From: an uncultured Rhabdochlamydiaceae bacterium
GTDB lineage: Bacteria; Chlamydiota; Chlamydiia; Chlamydiales; Rhabdochlamydiaceae
Assembly: GCA_963712275.1 (NCBI GenBank)
Contig: CAVQHD010000001.1
Location: forward strand, 1,056,001-1,120,000
Direction of reading: 5' to 3'
DNA length: 64,000 nt
The notes below the pieces were generated by a model that saw nothing but the letters and a program-made list of their open reading frames with translations, did not search any database and was not told the DNA's origin. Within the stretch, counting starts at the first letter, position 1. Each line of letters opens with the position of its first letter. The position numbers and the translations under genes are program-made. Below, piece by piece: positions 30,110-39,552 of the stretch.

Positions 30110-30925
30110 ATGTGGCAAGAATTTGAACTCGCATTTAATCGGGCTTTTTTACTCAGCGTGACGCGTAAGAAGGTCTTTTTCATCTTTCCGATTCTTCTCG
30201 CCTGCGGAATTATTGTCGTGCTCAGCCACACATTGTGGATTGGGGCTAATCCTTGGGTGCGAGCAAGCCTGGCGTTTGTTCCTGTGTTTCTTTGCATGGC
30301 CCTTTTTTTGGCAGCGGCAGTGCCTCTCATTCGCCTCTACCATGACGAGGTGAAGCAGAAACCGCTCTCTGTCAATAAAACCCTCAGAAATTCCTGGAGA
30401 CTGATGGCAAGCATCAGTTCGCTGATTGTTCCCATTTTAACAGCTGATTTGGTTCTGTGGTTTATCTTAGGAGTTTTCTATCTTCTTAGAACCATTCCTG
30501 CGATGAGTGAGCTTCTCAGTGGAGTTTTGTCTTTTGGCCCCTTTTTAGTCATTGCTGGATCGCTTCTTTTATGCCTGGTTTCTTTGGCTTTTCTCTTTTT
30601 TCTGACTCCTGTGGTGGCCCTCAAATCGGCAATGAGTTGGGAGCTTGCGGAGGAGGTTCTCAAAAAAATTGGACGGGAGCCGTTTTTACATGGATATTTA
30701 CTCCTTCTTGGGCTGCTTCCGATTGTGGTAGTCGTTGGTTTTTTGACCTTGTCGGCCACACTCACAGGGATGGCTTATTTTGTCACGGAAAGAACCTGGG
30801 CCATTGGGCTGCAGTGGTTTTTTATCATGATTCCATTTGCGGCGCTTCTTGCCCCCGTCGTTGTTTTTTTCTTTAACTTTGCTGCCGAAAGCTTTGTGAT
30901 CTTGCAGCGACGTTTGAAATCGTGA
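30110..30925 (+). CDS. Hypothetical integral membrane protein
   Basis: 271 aa with about 6 TM helices; GTGA overlap with the next gene. Confidence 0.75.
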   Translation: MWQEFELAFNRAFLLSVTRKKVFFIFPILLACGIIVVLSHTLWIGANPWVRASLAFVPVFLCMALFLAAAVPLIRLYHDEVKQKPLSVNKTLRNSWRLMASISSLIVPILTADLVLWFILGVFYLLRTIPAMSELLSGVLSFGPFLVIAGSLLLCLVSLAFLFFLTPVVALKSAMSWELAEEVLKKIGREPFLHGYLLLLGLLPIVVVVGFLTLSATLTGMAYFVTERTWAIGLQWFFIMIPFAALLAPVVVFFFNFAAESFVILQRRLKS

Positions 30926-31800
30926 AAACAGTAGCAGTTGTGGGGGCAGGTTTTGCTGGGCTTGCGGCAGCTTATTTTTTATCAAGCACTTTTCAGGTGA
31001 CTCTTTTTGATCAGAAGGGGATTGGAGGCGGGGCGTCGGGGATCTCATCAGGGCTTCTCCATCCTTATCCGGGTGAAAAGGGGCGCCGGAGCTGGCATGC
31101 AGATGAGGCAATGCAGTGGACGCGAACCTTGATTCATGAAGCCCAAGAGGCTTTAGGGCGGCCTGTTTGCATGGAAAATGGGATTTTACGTCTCGGTCCC
31201 TGCCTTAATCCGGGTTCAGATGTGGTTTCTTTAGGTCCCGAAAAATTCTTAATTACCTCAGGGATCACCGTGTTCCCTTCTCTTTACTTGGAGGGGCTTT
31301 GGAAAGTGTGTGCAAAAAAGGGTGTGCAGCTGGTGATTGAAAAGATCGACGACTCCTCCTCTTTAAAAGAGTATGATTGGATTGTTCTGGCAGCTGGGGC
31401 GGGGATTCGTTTTTTGAAGGAGCGAGAGACGCTTAAGGTTAATTATGTCAAAGGGCAGGTCTTGACTTGCGCTTTAAAAGAGCCTTTGGAGCGTAGTATC
31501 TCGGCAAAAATCTATCAGGCGATGACCCCGATTTCTTTTGAGTGCCATATTGGAGCAACGTATGAGCGAGAGGAGATCAATGAGACTGTGAATCTTGAAA
31601 AAGCGGTCGAGCTTTTAAAACCTGCCCTGCCGGTTTTAGATTGCAGGGCGGGGATACGGGTGACAAATCCTGCTCACTACTTTCCCATGCTAGAGCAGGT
31701 CGGCCCTCGTCACTTTGTGATGACAGCTTTTGGCTCGCGCGGCCTTCTCTATCACGGCCTGATGGGATATCGGTTAGATCAAAGGCTTTGCGGACTCTAA
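30922..31800 (+). CDS. FAD-dependent oxidoreductase (DAO family)
   Basis: VVGAGFAGLA, GGGASGISSGLLHP, KGQ, IGATYE, FGSRGLLYH. Confidence 0.85.
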   Translation: MKTVAVVGAGFAGLAAAYFLSSTFQVTLFDQKGIGGGASGISSGLLHPYPGEKGRRSWHADEAMQWTRTLIHEAQEALGRPVCMENGILRLGPCLNPGSDVVSLGPEKFLITSGITVFPSLYLEGLWKVCAKKGVQLVIEKIDDSSSLKEYDWIVLAAGAGIRFLKERETLKVNYVKGQVLTCALKEPLERSISAKIYQAMTPISFECHIGATYEREEINETVNLEKAVELLKPALPVLDCRAGIRVTNPAHYFPMLEQVGPRHFVMTAFGSRGLLYHGLMGYRLDQRLCGL

Positions 31801-32769
31801 AATTTCAGTTAGCCAAATCTTATTAGAATCTGGAAAGCCCGCTGTTAAATTTTTCATAATCGTGGAAACAGCCTCTTTTTCCAGTCCAGCTTCGCAAAGA
31901 AATGTGTTCCACTTTTTGATGAGGTCATTCATAAACACTGAATCATCATCTTCTTCGATAAAGTCAATTAAAACCACCGTTCCACCTTCACGAACGCGAA
32001 AATTTGCTGGGATTAGGTCAAACATCACCCCAGCTCCAAGTGAAATGTCAAAGAATAACTTAACTTGTCTCATTTGTTCTGCATTCGAGACATCCACAGA
32101 AGAAGCGATATATTCCTGGATAAAAAAGTGGTCTGAAAGGGCCTCTTCTAGGTTATAAATCTTGGCGATGGGAAGGTTAAGATTGCAAGCCTGGCGATAA
32201 TTTTGGCTTGCATTTTTGATAAATGAGTTCAGACTTTTTTCATTAAATCCGCTTTTGTTTCCTCCATGGAAGGCTTTCAAAACAAGGTTCTCATTTGGAA
32301 TGGAAGGGATTAACGAATGGAGCCCTTCAATTCGGTAGACATTTGAATACGATCCTTGGGCGATCTGCTGGACGCGAAACATTTCTTGTGTCGGACGGGT
32401 CAAATATCCGCCTGTTAAATCTTTATGGAGCGTCTCATAAGGGGATCGTACTTTGACAATTGGTATTTTTCTAGGAGTTGGAGGAGGCGCCTCTTGAAGT
32501 TTTGATTTTTTTGTTGGACTAGAGGCTTCAGGATTATTAAGAAAAGGGAATGGTAACGGGCGCTTATATCCTCCTTGAGGAGATGGGGGAGGTGGAAGAG
32601 AATCGATATGTGCGGCGATGGAAGGGGTTGGGCGGGGCCGCTGTGTGACTTGGGCCACCTTTGCGAGCGCTTCATTCAGTTTTTGAAGCTCTCTTGGCTT
32701 TTTGGTCGGGCTGCGGGAGGTCGGAAGATCTGTCGTCGTGGATGTTTCAAATTGAGTATTTATTGCCAT
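31774..32769 (-). CDS. Putative protein-kinase-like effector with Pro/Ser/Thr-rich N-terminus
   Basis: IAQGSYSNVY (Gly loop), LVLKAF, IQEYI, FDLIPANF, VLIDF; probable start MAINTQF at 32769. Confidence 0.6.
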   Translation of the reverse strand: MAINTQFETSTTTDLPTSRSPTKKPRELQKLNEALAKVAQVTQRPRPTPSIAAHIDSLPPPPSPQGGYKRPLPFPFLNNPEASSPTKKSKLQEAPPPTPRKIPIVKVRSPYETLHKDLTGGYLTRPTQEMFRVQQIAQGSYSNVYRIEGLHSLIPSIPNENLVLKAFHGGNKSGFNEKSLNSFIKNASQNYRQACNLNLPIAKIYNLEEALSDHFFIQEYIASSVDVSNAEQMRQVKLFFDISLGAGVMFDLIPANFRVREGGTVVLIDFIEEDDDSVFMNDLIKKWNTFLCEAGLEKEAVSTIMKNLTAGFPDSNKIWLTEILESAKPLI

Positions 32770-32919
32770 AATAATTTTATCCTTGTTTTTGACAAAGTAT
32801 ATAACTGTTTTCATTTAAAATAAAATGAAATAAAAAACTAAATAGTAACAAAAGTTTTACTATTAAAGTATTTAATTTTGATTGTTGATAACCCCAAGAT
32901 TTTGGATAATTCCTCGAAT

Positions 32920-33837
32920 ATGTCTTCATGGATATACTCATTTTTACTGCTCGTTCTCGCCGGGTGTCATTCGCTTCAGCTGCCGCCAGGCGAGCAGCAG
33001 GTGGTAATTCCTGCTTTTGAGCCAAAAAAACCGATCCATATCGCTCTTGTATTGGGTGGCGGTGGAGTGAAGGGGCTTGCTCACTTGGGGGCAATTGAGG
33101 AGCTAGAAAATGCAGGGATTCGACCCGATTTAATCATTGGGTGCAGCGCGGGGGCAATTGCAGGGGCAGTTTACGCAGACCAACCAACGCTGGAAGGGAC
33201 TGCCCAAACCTTTATCCCTTTAAAACGAGCTGATCTTTTCGACTATTCGTTCTTTAGACCTCTCTTTGGAATTGTCGAGGGAAACTCTCTTCAAGCTTTC
33301 ATGAATAAAACATTGCATGCGAAGAGTTTTGAAGAACTGAAGATTCCTCTGATTCTTGTAGCAACAGACTTGATAACAGGAGAAACAGTTGAGATCTCAA
33401 GTGGCGAGCTTCCAAGGGCTGTTCGAGCTTCCTGCGCTTTTCCAGGTCTTTTTAAACCTGTCCTCCTCTATGGACGTTATCTAGTGGATGGAGCCGTCTC
33501 TTCCCCTGTTCCTGTGAGTATTGCCAAAAAGTATGGAGCCGAGATTGTCATTGCAATTGACCTCAATGAAAAGCTATCCAAAGTCTCTCCAAGGCATCTT
33601 TTAGGGGTGACAAAGCGGAGTCTAGAGATCTCTTATCAAAAGTTCGGAGAGTTATCACTATCGCAAGCAGATATTATCATCAAAATGGATTTTGACGAGG
33701 TGGGGCTGTTTTCAGATCACTTAAACAAGCGGTTGTATGAGCATGGACGTAGGGCCGCTCGAAAAGAACTTCCTGGAATCATTCTTAAGCTTTCAAATTC
33801 TTCTTCTTGTACAGATAAAAGAGAAAAAGAGGGCTAA
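32920..33837 (+). CDS. Patatin-like phospholipase, predicted lipoprotein
   Basis: LGGGGVKG, GCSAG, DGA motifs; lipobox LAGC after MSSWIYSFLLLV. Confidence 0.88.
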   Translation: MSSWIYSFLLLVLAGCHSLQLPPGEQQVVIPAFEPKKPIHIALVLGGGGVKGLAHLGAIEELENAGIRPDLIIGCSAGAIAGAVYADQPTLEGTAQTFIPLKRADLFDYSFFRPLFGIVEGNSLQAFMNKTLHAKSFEELKIPLILVATDLITGETVEISSGELPRAVRASCAFPGLFKPVLLYGRYLVDGAVSSPVPVSIAKKYGAEIVIAIDLNEKLSKVSPRHLLGVTKRSLEISYQKFGELSLSQADIIIKMDFDEVGLFSDHLNKRLYEHGRRAARKELPGIILKLSNSSSCTDKREKEG

Positions 33838-35167
33838 GCGTCAAAAGATTGCCAAGGCAGATCATCAATAAATAACGGATAGGTCCTCCGGTTTCGATGT
33901 TCTCCGGCGGGAAAAAACTGACCATAATCGTGACTAAACACCCGAACAAACCAACAAGAGCTGTGGCCCACATTCCCCACCCTTTTCCAGGGATTTTGAA
34001 AGAAGAAGGCCGATTGGAATGAGTATAATGCAATCGGAGGGCGGCACAGAACATTAAAACATACATAATCATATAAAGTTCTGTACTTAGAGCTGTGAGG
34101 AACCAGTAGAAGCCGTTCACGCTCGGCACGAGCAGAAAGATAAGGCAGAAAAGGGAGACTAAAACAGCTTGCGCTAGAAGAATGTTAAAGGCGACGCCGG
34201 CTCGATTTTTTCGTGAGAAGAAGGGAGGTAAAAAACCGAACTCTGCAGCATGAAGGAGCCCTTTAGCAGGAGAAATGAGCCAGTTAATCATGGTTCCAAT
34301 CGCTCCAATCGTAATAAAAAGTGTTAAAATAGGCATCAGTGGCTTAAGGCCAAAAGCGCAGAAAAAGTTATTGAAAACTTGCATCACCCCTGAAACTAGA
34401 CTGATTTCTTTTTCAGGTAAGACGGAGGCAATGGAAAGAGAGCCAAGCGTCATGGAAAGAAAGATGAATATAACTGCAATAAGCACAGCTCTGGGAAAGT
34501 TTTTTTGGGGCTGATGAATCTCTTTAACATGAACACCTGAAAGCTCTACCCCTACAAAAGAAGCCATAATTGCAATTAAAGAAATCCAATTTGTCGAATG
34601 TGTCAAGGAAGGGATGAGCGGCATCGTGCTTAAGTGAATCTGAAGGGGTTTGCCGGTCAAGAACCAAATAAATCCCAAAATGATCAAAAGAATCATCGGC
34701 AAGATCATTCCCATTGTCGCGCAGATATTATTAATGAGCGCCGAAATATGAAGCCCTTTGAGGTTGATAAGCGTCAGCCCCCAGAAAATGGTCAAAATGC
34801 ACGAGATCAGGTAGACTTTATTTTGAGCTAAATCAGGGTTGATCAAGTAGGCCAAGGTTCCTGCTACGAAGGAGAGCATTGTCGGGTACCAAACCATCGT
34901 GTTGATCCACTGCAGCCAAATAGCAGCCATTGCCCATTTTTGACCAAAAGCCATCAGAACCCAATGGTAGACGCCTCCCTTATCTGGGAATGCTGCAGAG
35001 AGTTCTGCTGCGACGAGGGAAGTTGGGATCAGAAAAACGATGGCAGAAAAGATAAAGAAAAAAATCAAGGCGGTGCCAAAAAGGGCTGCAGCCGGTAAAT
35101 TTCTGATATTATCGATTGCTGCGATAATCAGAATAATGAGAGAGAAGAAAGAAATTTTTTTTGTCAT
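33785..35167 (-). CDS. APC-family amino acid permease (GadC/YjeM-like antiporter)
   Basis: About 12 TM helices; IRNLPAAA, VAAELS..GGVYHWV..AFG, FVGVE, PQKNFPRA. Confidence 0.88.
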   Translation of the reverse strand: MTKKISFFSLIILIIAAIDNIRNLPAAALFGTALIFFFIFSAIVFLIPTSLVAAELSAAFPDKGGVYHWVLMAFGQKWAMAAIWLQWINTMVWYPTMLSFVAGTLAYLINPDLAQNKVYLISCILTIFWGLTLINLKGLHISALINNICATMGMILPMILLIILGFIWFLTGKPLQIHLSTMPLIPSLTHSTNWISLIAIMASFVGVELSGVHVKEIHQPQKNFPRAVLIAVIFIFLSMTLGSLSIASVLPEKEISLVSGVMQVFNNFFCAFGLKPLMPILTLFITIGAIGTMINWLISPAKGLLHAAEFGFLPPFFSRKNRAGVAFNILLAQAVLVSLFCLIFLLVPSVNGFYWFLTALSTELYMIMYVLMFCAALRLHYTHSNRPSSFKIPGKGWGMWATALVGLFGCLVTIMVSFFPPENIETGGPIRYLLMICLGNLLTLSPLFLFYLYKKKNLKA

Positions 35168-35170
35168 TAA

Positions 35171-35914
35171 CTACTCCCTAAAAATGAGGCCTGCAGCTTT
35201 CCCGACCTTCTCTAGAGTGACGGCGAAGTTTTTCAGGGGAGTGTCGTTTGGAATGGGCTGATTTGGAACAATGAACGCCTGGGTCTTGACGGTATTTCCT
35301 TTTTTAGCTCGAAGAACCTTGAAATAGTGGGTCGGAACTGCGACGTCATTGGGTCCAATTACCTCATATTGAACATACCGTTTTCCATTGTTCTTTTCTT
35401 GGGGAAGGAAAAGGGGACCTGTGATCACATAAACGACATCATAAGATTGGGTCAGATTTCGAGCATGTTTTTCAAGTTTAAGCCAATAGTTTCGATTAAG
35501 GTGTGGATTCTGAGGTGTGATGTTAGATAAGTAAAAGGTTTCGCGCATGGCCTCTGGGCTTGATCGTGCATCTGCTGCAGGGGAGAGATGCCCTCTATCA
35601 AATCCCGATCCTTTGAAGTCTTTTTGAGTTGCCCTGAGAAGAGGGGGGATTTTAGGGTCTTCCATGAAGTCAAAATGAGATCGATCTGCTATGCCGTCTA
35701 AGGAAGAGGCCGTCAGCTTTTCATATACCCAACTCGCTCCCCGTATTCGACCGTCATAGGCTAATGTATAGCTGTCTCGCTCAAGCATGGTGCTCGGTTC
35801 AGGTTGAAAAAGAGAAGGAGCTTGAGAGAAAACAGGCGATGATTCTTCACCTGTGTGCTTAGTGCAGCCGTAGAGAATGAGTATCCCGATGATAAAAAGC
35901 CTTCTTAAATGCAT
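35171..35914 (-). CDS. DNA/RNA non-specific endonuclease (NucA/EndoG-like), predicted lipoprotein
   Basis: GFDRGHLSPA, TFYLSNITPQ, VITGPLF, VAVPTHYFKV; lipobox LYGC. Confidence 0.9.
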   Translation of the reverse strand: MHLRRLFIIGILILYGCTKHTGEESSPVFSQAPSLFQPEPSTMLERDSYTLAYDGRIRGASWVYEKLTASSLDGIADRSHFDFMEDPKIPPLLRATQKDFKGSGFDRGHLSPAADARSSPEAMRETFYLSNITPQNPHLNRNYWLKLEKHARNLTQSYDVVYVITGPLFLPQEKNNGKRYVQYEVIGPNDVAVPTHYFKVLRAKKGNTVKTQAFIVPNQPIPNDTPLKNFAVTLEKVGKAAGLIFRE

Positions 35915-36002
35915 GAAAAGAGTCTACCCCTCTCTGACCTTTATCACCAAGAAAAATTTGGTTTCTAAAAAAGGAGGAAATAGGAACAATGCACACATCA
36001 TA

Positions 36003-36361
36003 GGGGGTACATAGTCAAAAGGTGTAGTTATAAAGCTGTAGATAAAAAATGCCTCACCACAGAGACACCGAGGAAGATGAGGTTGCACAGAGTGGAGAAC
36101 AATCCTCTGTGCAACCTCATCTTCCTCGGTGTCTCTGTGGTGAGGCATTTCTTCTCCCAACCGTTTGACTATATACCCCGTATAGGGGATGCATAGTCAA
36201 AAGGTGTAGTTATAAAGCTGTAGATAAAAAATACCTCACCACAGAGACACCGAGGAAGATGAGGTTGCACAGAGTGGAGAACAATCCTCTGTGCAACCTC
36301 ATCTTCCTCGGTGTCTCTGTGGTGAGGTATTTCTTCTCCCAACCGTTTGACTATACACCCC
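36003..36361. mobile_element. Tandem pair (182-bp period) of palindromic elements with a family A core in a different outer shell
   Basis: Units about 36003-36179 and 36185-36361, each GGGG..ATAGTCAAA...TTTGACTAT..CCCC enclosing the CACCACAGAGACACCGAGGAAGATGAGGTTGCACAGAG hairpin. Confidence 0.85.
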
Positions 36362-36378
36362 GTCATAGGAGATACAGA

Positions 36379-37050
36379 ATGAAACAGATATGGATGATAC
36401 TGATCACTCTACTTGCTTTTCAAATGCTGCGAGGGGATGAATTATTGATTATTGGAATCGCTGGAGGAACCGGCTCCGGTAAGACGACGCTTGCAAGGAA
36501 AATTCAAGAGGCTTTTCCAGGGCAGTCTATTTTAATTAGCCAAGACTCTTATTACAAAGATCTTTCAAAACTTTCGATCGAGGAGCGGGAAGCGGTGAAT
36601 TTTGACCACCCCGACTCTCTTGATTTTGACCTTTTAGCCCACCATTTACAAGAGCTCAAGAAAGGGAAGAGAATTCAAAAGCCAGTCTATAATTTTCAGA
36701 CGCATACGCGTGAACAACAGACAGAGCCGGTTTTTCCACATAGACTCATTATCATCGAGGGGATCCTGTTATTTTCTGTTCCGGAAGTCTGCAACCATTG
36801 CGACATTAAGTTTTTTGTTGATACAGATGATGATGTGAGACTCTTAAGACGCATTCAACGCGATATTCATGAGAGGGCTCGAACATTCGAAAGCGTTTGC
36901 ATCCAATATTTGACCACCGTCAAACCGATGCACGAGGCGTTTGTCCAGCCTAGCAAGAAGATGGCAGACTTAATCGTCCCTCGCGGAGGAGAAAACCAGA
37001 GGGCCTTAGAACTGATTATTTCTAAACTAAAAGAGGAAATTCAGAATTAA
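36379..37050 (+). CDS. udk: Uridine kinase
   Basis: IGIAGGTGSGKTT, QDSYYK, NFDHPDS, IEGIL, RRIQRD, VKPMH; ATG 36379 follows AGGAG. Confidence 0.93.
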   Translation: MKQIWMILITLLAFQMLRGDELLIIGIAGGTGSGKTTLARKIQEAFPGQSILISQDSYYKDLSKLSIEEREAVNFDHPDSLDFDLLAHHLQELKKGKRIQKPVYNFQTHTREQQTEPVFPHRLIIIEGILLFSVPEVCNHCDIKFFVDTDDDVRLLRRIQRDIHERARTFESVCIQYLTTVKPMHEAFVQPSKKMADLIVPRGGENQRALELIISKLKEEIQN

Positions 37051-37342
37051 TGATGCGAAAAATGGTTTCTGTATTGGCAGTATCAGTGAGGTACTTTTTT
37101 CCGTCTGAGGATTCCAATTTCAGTCGCTCGATTTTATCGAGTAACTGACTAAATCCTTCATCTTCAATGAGTTTTTTCTTGAGTTCGGGCCAATAGCGGT
37201 TCGAATCAGAACTTTCTGTTAAGACACGAATAATATCGATAATCGAAAAAAACCACTCACCATTGTGAAAGACACGACGAATCTTTTTGTCCTCAAAAAC
37301 AATGAGCTTGTCTTGTGATTGGCCTACAGCGTTATCTACCAT
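37022..37342 (-). pseudogene. Truncated BRO-N (antirepressor-like) protein
   Basis: VFEDKKIRRV..EWFFSIIDII, YW..LKK, LKLESSDGKKYLTD. Sequence runs into the antisense of the udk 3' end right after IFRII, where this family normally continues. Confidence 0.6.
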
Positions 37343-37704
37343 AATGTAATCCTAAAATTACTGACGTTTTAATTTTTTTTCCGCAGATTCTTCAACAAGA
37401 AATTTGGTTTTGGCGGTAGTAAAAGCGAAAACTTTAACACGGAAGCACTAGAAAGTCAAATTTTTCCGTTCCTAAGAATCATGCAGATTCAAAAGTATTT
37501 TGTTACTTAAAGCCGACTTAACCAATCTTTTAAGGCAATAAAAATTAAAATTTTAATTTCTGTTTAGATACGTAGATAGATGGATAATTATCTTGAAGTA
37601 AGAGTTATTTCTGTGATAAAATTTGCCACAAATAATATGGCTATTAAACAATGCAATATGGATATCGAATAATTAGATTTTGATCAAACGAGGAGAATGA
37701 CCGG

Positions 37705-38970
37705 ATGGTATATCATGTTAATGCGTTTTTAGGAGGCGATGTCGAATCCATCATGCTCCATGCCTCTCCCAGAAACGGTATTTCTCAACCGATAGTCGGT
37801 CCTTCAATGTTCGACGTACTACCTCAAGAGTGTGTGGTTAAGATTTGTCACCGTGTCGGGGTTTTGGAGCTCCATCGCTTTGCCCCCCTCTGCCATCAGG
37901 CTCATTCGGCTGTGAAAGTTTATAAATTGCAACAGGCTCAAGTCTGGGGATATCAAGGCGAATCGTCTCAAGAAAGTTGTGATTATTTTAAAGAAATGAT
38001 TTTGGAGCTTAAATGTGTCGATCTTCCTTGGATTCGAGAACGCGAAGGTATTGACATCGTTATTGGGGCAGGAAGATATGAAGAAAAGATGGCTGTCCGG
38101 CTTCAGAGAAATCTTTCTACACTTGAAGCGTCTCTCCCAGAATTAATTTTTAAGCATTTTGAACTCAAATACATTTATTCTAAAACTCTAGAGAAAACAA
38201 GAAAATTTATCCTTAAACATGCGAGTTCGATTTTTAGAGATGAAAAGCATTTAATCAAGGATTATACCAACAAAATCACGGATGTTTTAATCAAAGCCGT
38301 CAAGCACCAAAGGCTTGACGTGATCGCATTCGCCTTAGAACAGGGCGCTGATTTGAATTTAATGATCCCTAAGAATGGAGTGCCTTGTCCCTCTGCTTTT
38401 CACGAGGCCATTATCAATCATGTCGGAGTTGAGATCATCACTTTCCTTCTTGAAAAAGGAGCTGATCTCCATTTGCAATATCAGGGGGAAACTCCTTTAT
38501 ACACCTTAGTCAGTATTGGTACAAGTGACCCAAAAACAGCCGCCATCGCTAGCCAGCTTTTGCTCTACGGCGCCGACCCTAACTTTCAAACGGCAAACGG
38601 AGAGAGTGTGCTCTGGGCAGCTGTGAAATGGCATCAAAACGGACCTCTGGGTGAAACAGTCAATGTCCTTTTAGCGCATGAAGTGGATGTTCATCAAACC
38701 AACCCAGCGGGATCCACACCGCTTCTTAAAGCTTTTGATGCCTGGGATGGTAATAAAATTGCCCTCCCTACTACTCTTCTTTCCCAAATTAAAATCATTT
38801 ACGCGCTGATCCGGAACGGCGCCCATCTGCGTGCCGTTAACAACCATGGGAATACCCCTTTATCGATCATGGGTCATATTGTCGCAGGATATACTATTAT
38901 ATCTTTCTTTCTGACGTCAGTATGTGTGTATTTCATAGTAGTAGCCAGTATCGCATACAACTTCCAATGA
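37705..38970 (+). CDS. Ankyrin-repeat protein with F-box-like N-terminus and C-terminal membrane anchor
   Basis: Ank repeats (LEQGADLN, LLEKGADL..GETPL, LLYGADPN, GSTPL, GNTPL); LPQECVVKI F-box-like segment; hydrophobic C-terminus. Confidence 0.75.
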   Translation: MVYHVNAFLGGDVESIMLHASPRNGISQPIVGPSMFDVLPQECVVKICHRVGVLELHRFAPLCHQAHSAVKVYKLQQAQVWGYQGESSQESCDYFKEMILELKCVDLPWIREREGIDIVIGAGRYEEKMAVRLQRNLSTLEASLPELIFKHFELKYIYSKTLEKTRKFILKHASSIFRDEKHLIKDYTNKITDVLIKAVKHQRLDVIAFALEQGADLNLMIPKNGVPCPSAFHEAIINHVGVEIITFLLEKGADLHLQYQGETPLYTLVSIGTSDPKTAAIASQLLLYGADPNFQTANGESVLWAAVKWHQNGPLGETVNVLLAHEVDVHQTNPAGSTPLLKAFDAWDGNKIALPTTLLSQIKIIYALIRNGAHLRAVNNHGNTPLSIMGHIVAGYTIISFFLTSVCVYFIVVASIAYNFQ

Positions 38971-38992
38971 AACTGAATCCGTTAACAGCTTC

Positions 38993-39391
38993 TTAGGCCT
39001 TTTTCTTGAGCTTAAGGGCGACGGAATTGACGCAGTACCGTGTGCGGGAAGGCTTAGGGCCGTCATTGAAAAGATGGCCTAGGTGACCGCCACATCGGTG
39101 GCAAAGGACTTCGGTTCGCTTTGTGAAAAAACCGACGTCGTCTTTATATTCAATTGCTTCAGAATCAATCGGTTGAGTGAAGCTTGGCCACCCCGTTCCC
39201 GACTTAAATTTTGCCTCTGAGCTGAAGAGAGGCTCACCGCACCCTGCGCAGACATAGGTTCCATCTTCTTCACTATTCCAGTACTCGCCGGAGAAGGCTT
39301 TCTCCGTTTTTTTCTCTCTGAGCACGCGGTATTGCTCTGGTGTGAGCTTTTTCTTCCATTCTTTATCGGAACTGGGAGGTTTTCCTGCCAC
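38993..39391 (-). CDS. msrB: Peptide-methionine (R)-S-oxide reductase
   Basis: LTPEQYRVLR, KFKSGTGWPSF, GGHLGHLFNDGP, RYCVNS. Confidence 0.96.
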   Translation of the reverse strand: MAGKPPSSDKEWKKKLTPEQYRVLREKKTEKAFSGEYWNSEEDGTYVCAGCGEPLFSSEAKFKSGTGWPSFTQPIDSEAIEYKDDVGFFTKRTEVLCHRCGGHLGHLFNDGPKPSRTRYCVNSVALKLKKKA

Positions 39392-39552
39392 AAATCTTTA
39401 TCCTTTGTATAATTTAATATAAATCATTTTAATTAAAAAATACATTCTATTTATTAACTTATGATTATAAGTTAGTTATATTTTTACAATTAAAGTGGAG
39501 TGGAATTTTTTTATTGGATCATTTGGCAGCGTGAGGTAAAATTAGACCTCGT

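Noticed and set aside
35924..36378. Small ORFs with HHRDTE-type peptides (35924-36160, 36169-36366, the udk extension; also 29789-30013, 47471-47701, 51056-51370)
   Set aside because: They are read-throughs of the palindromic elements with no independent coding evidence.
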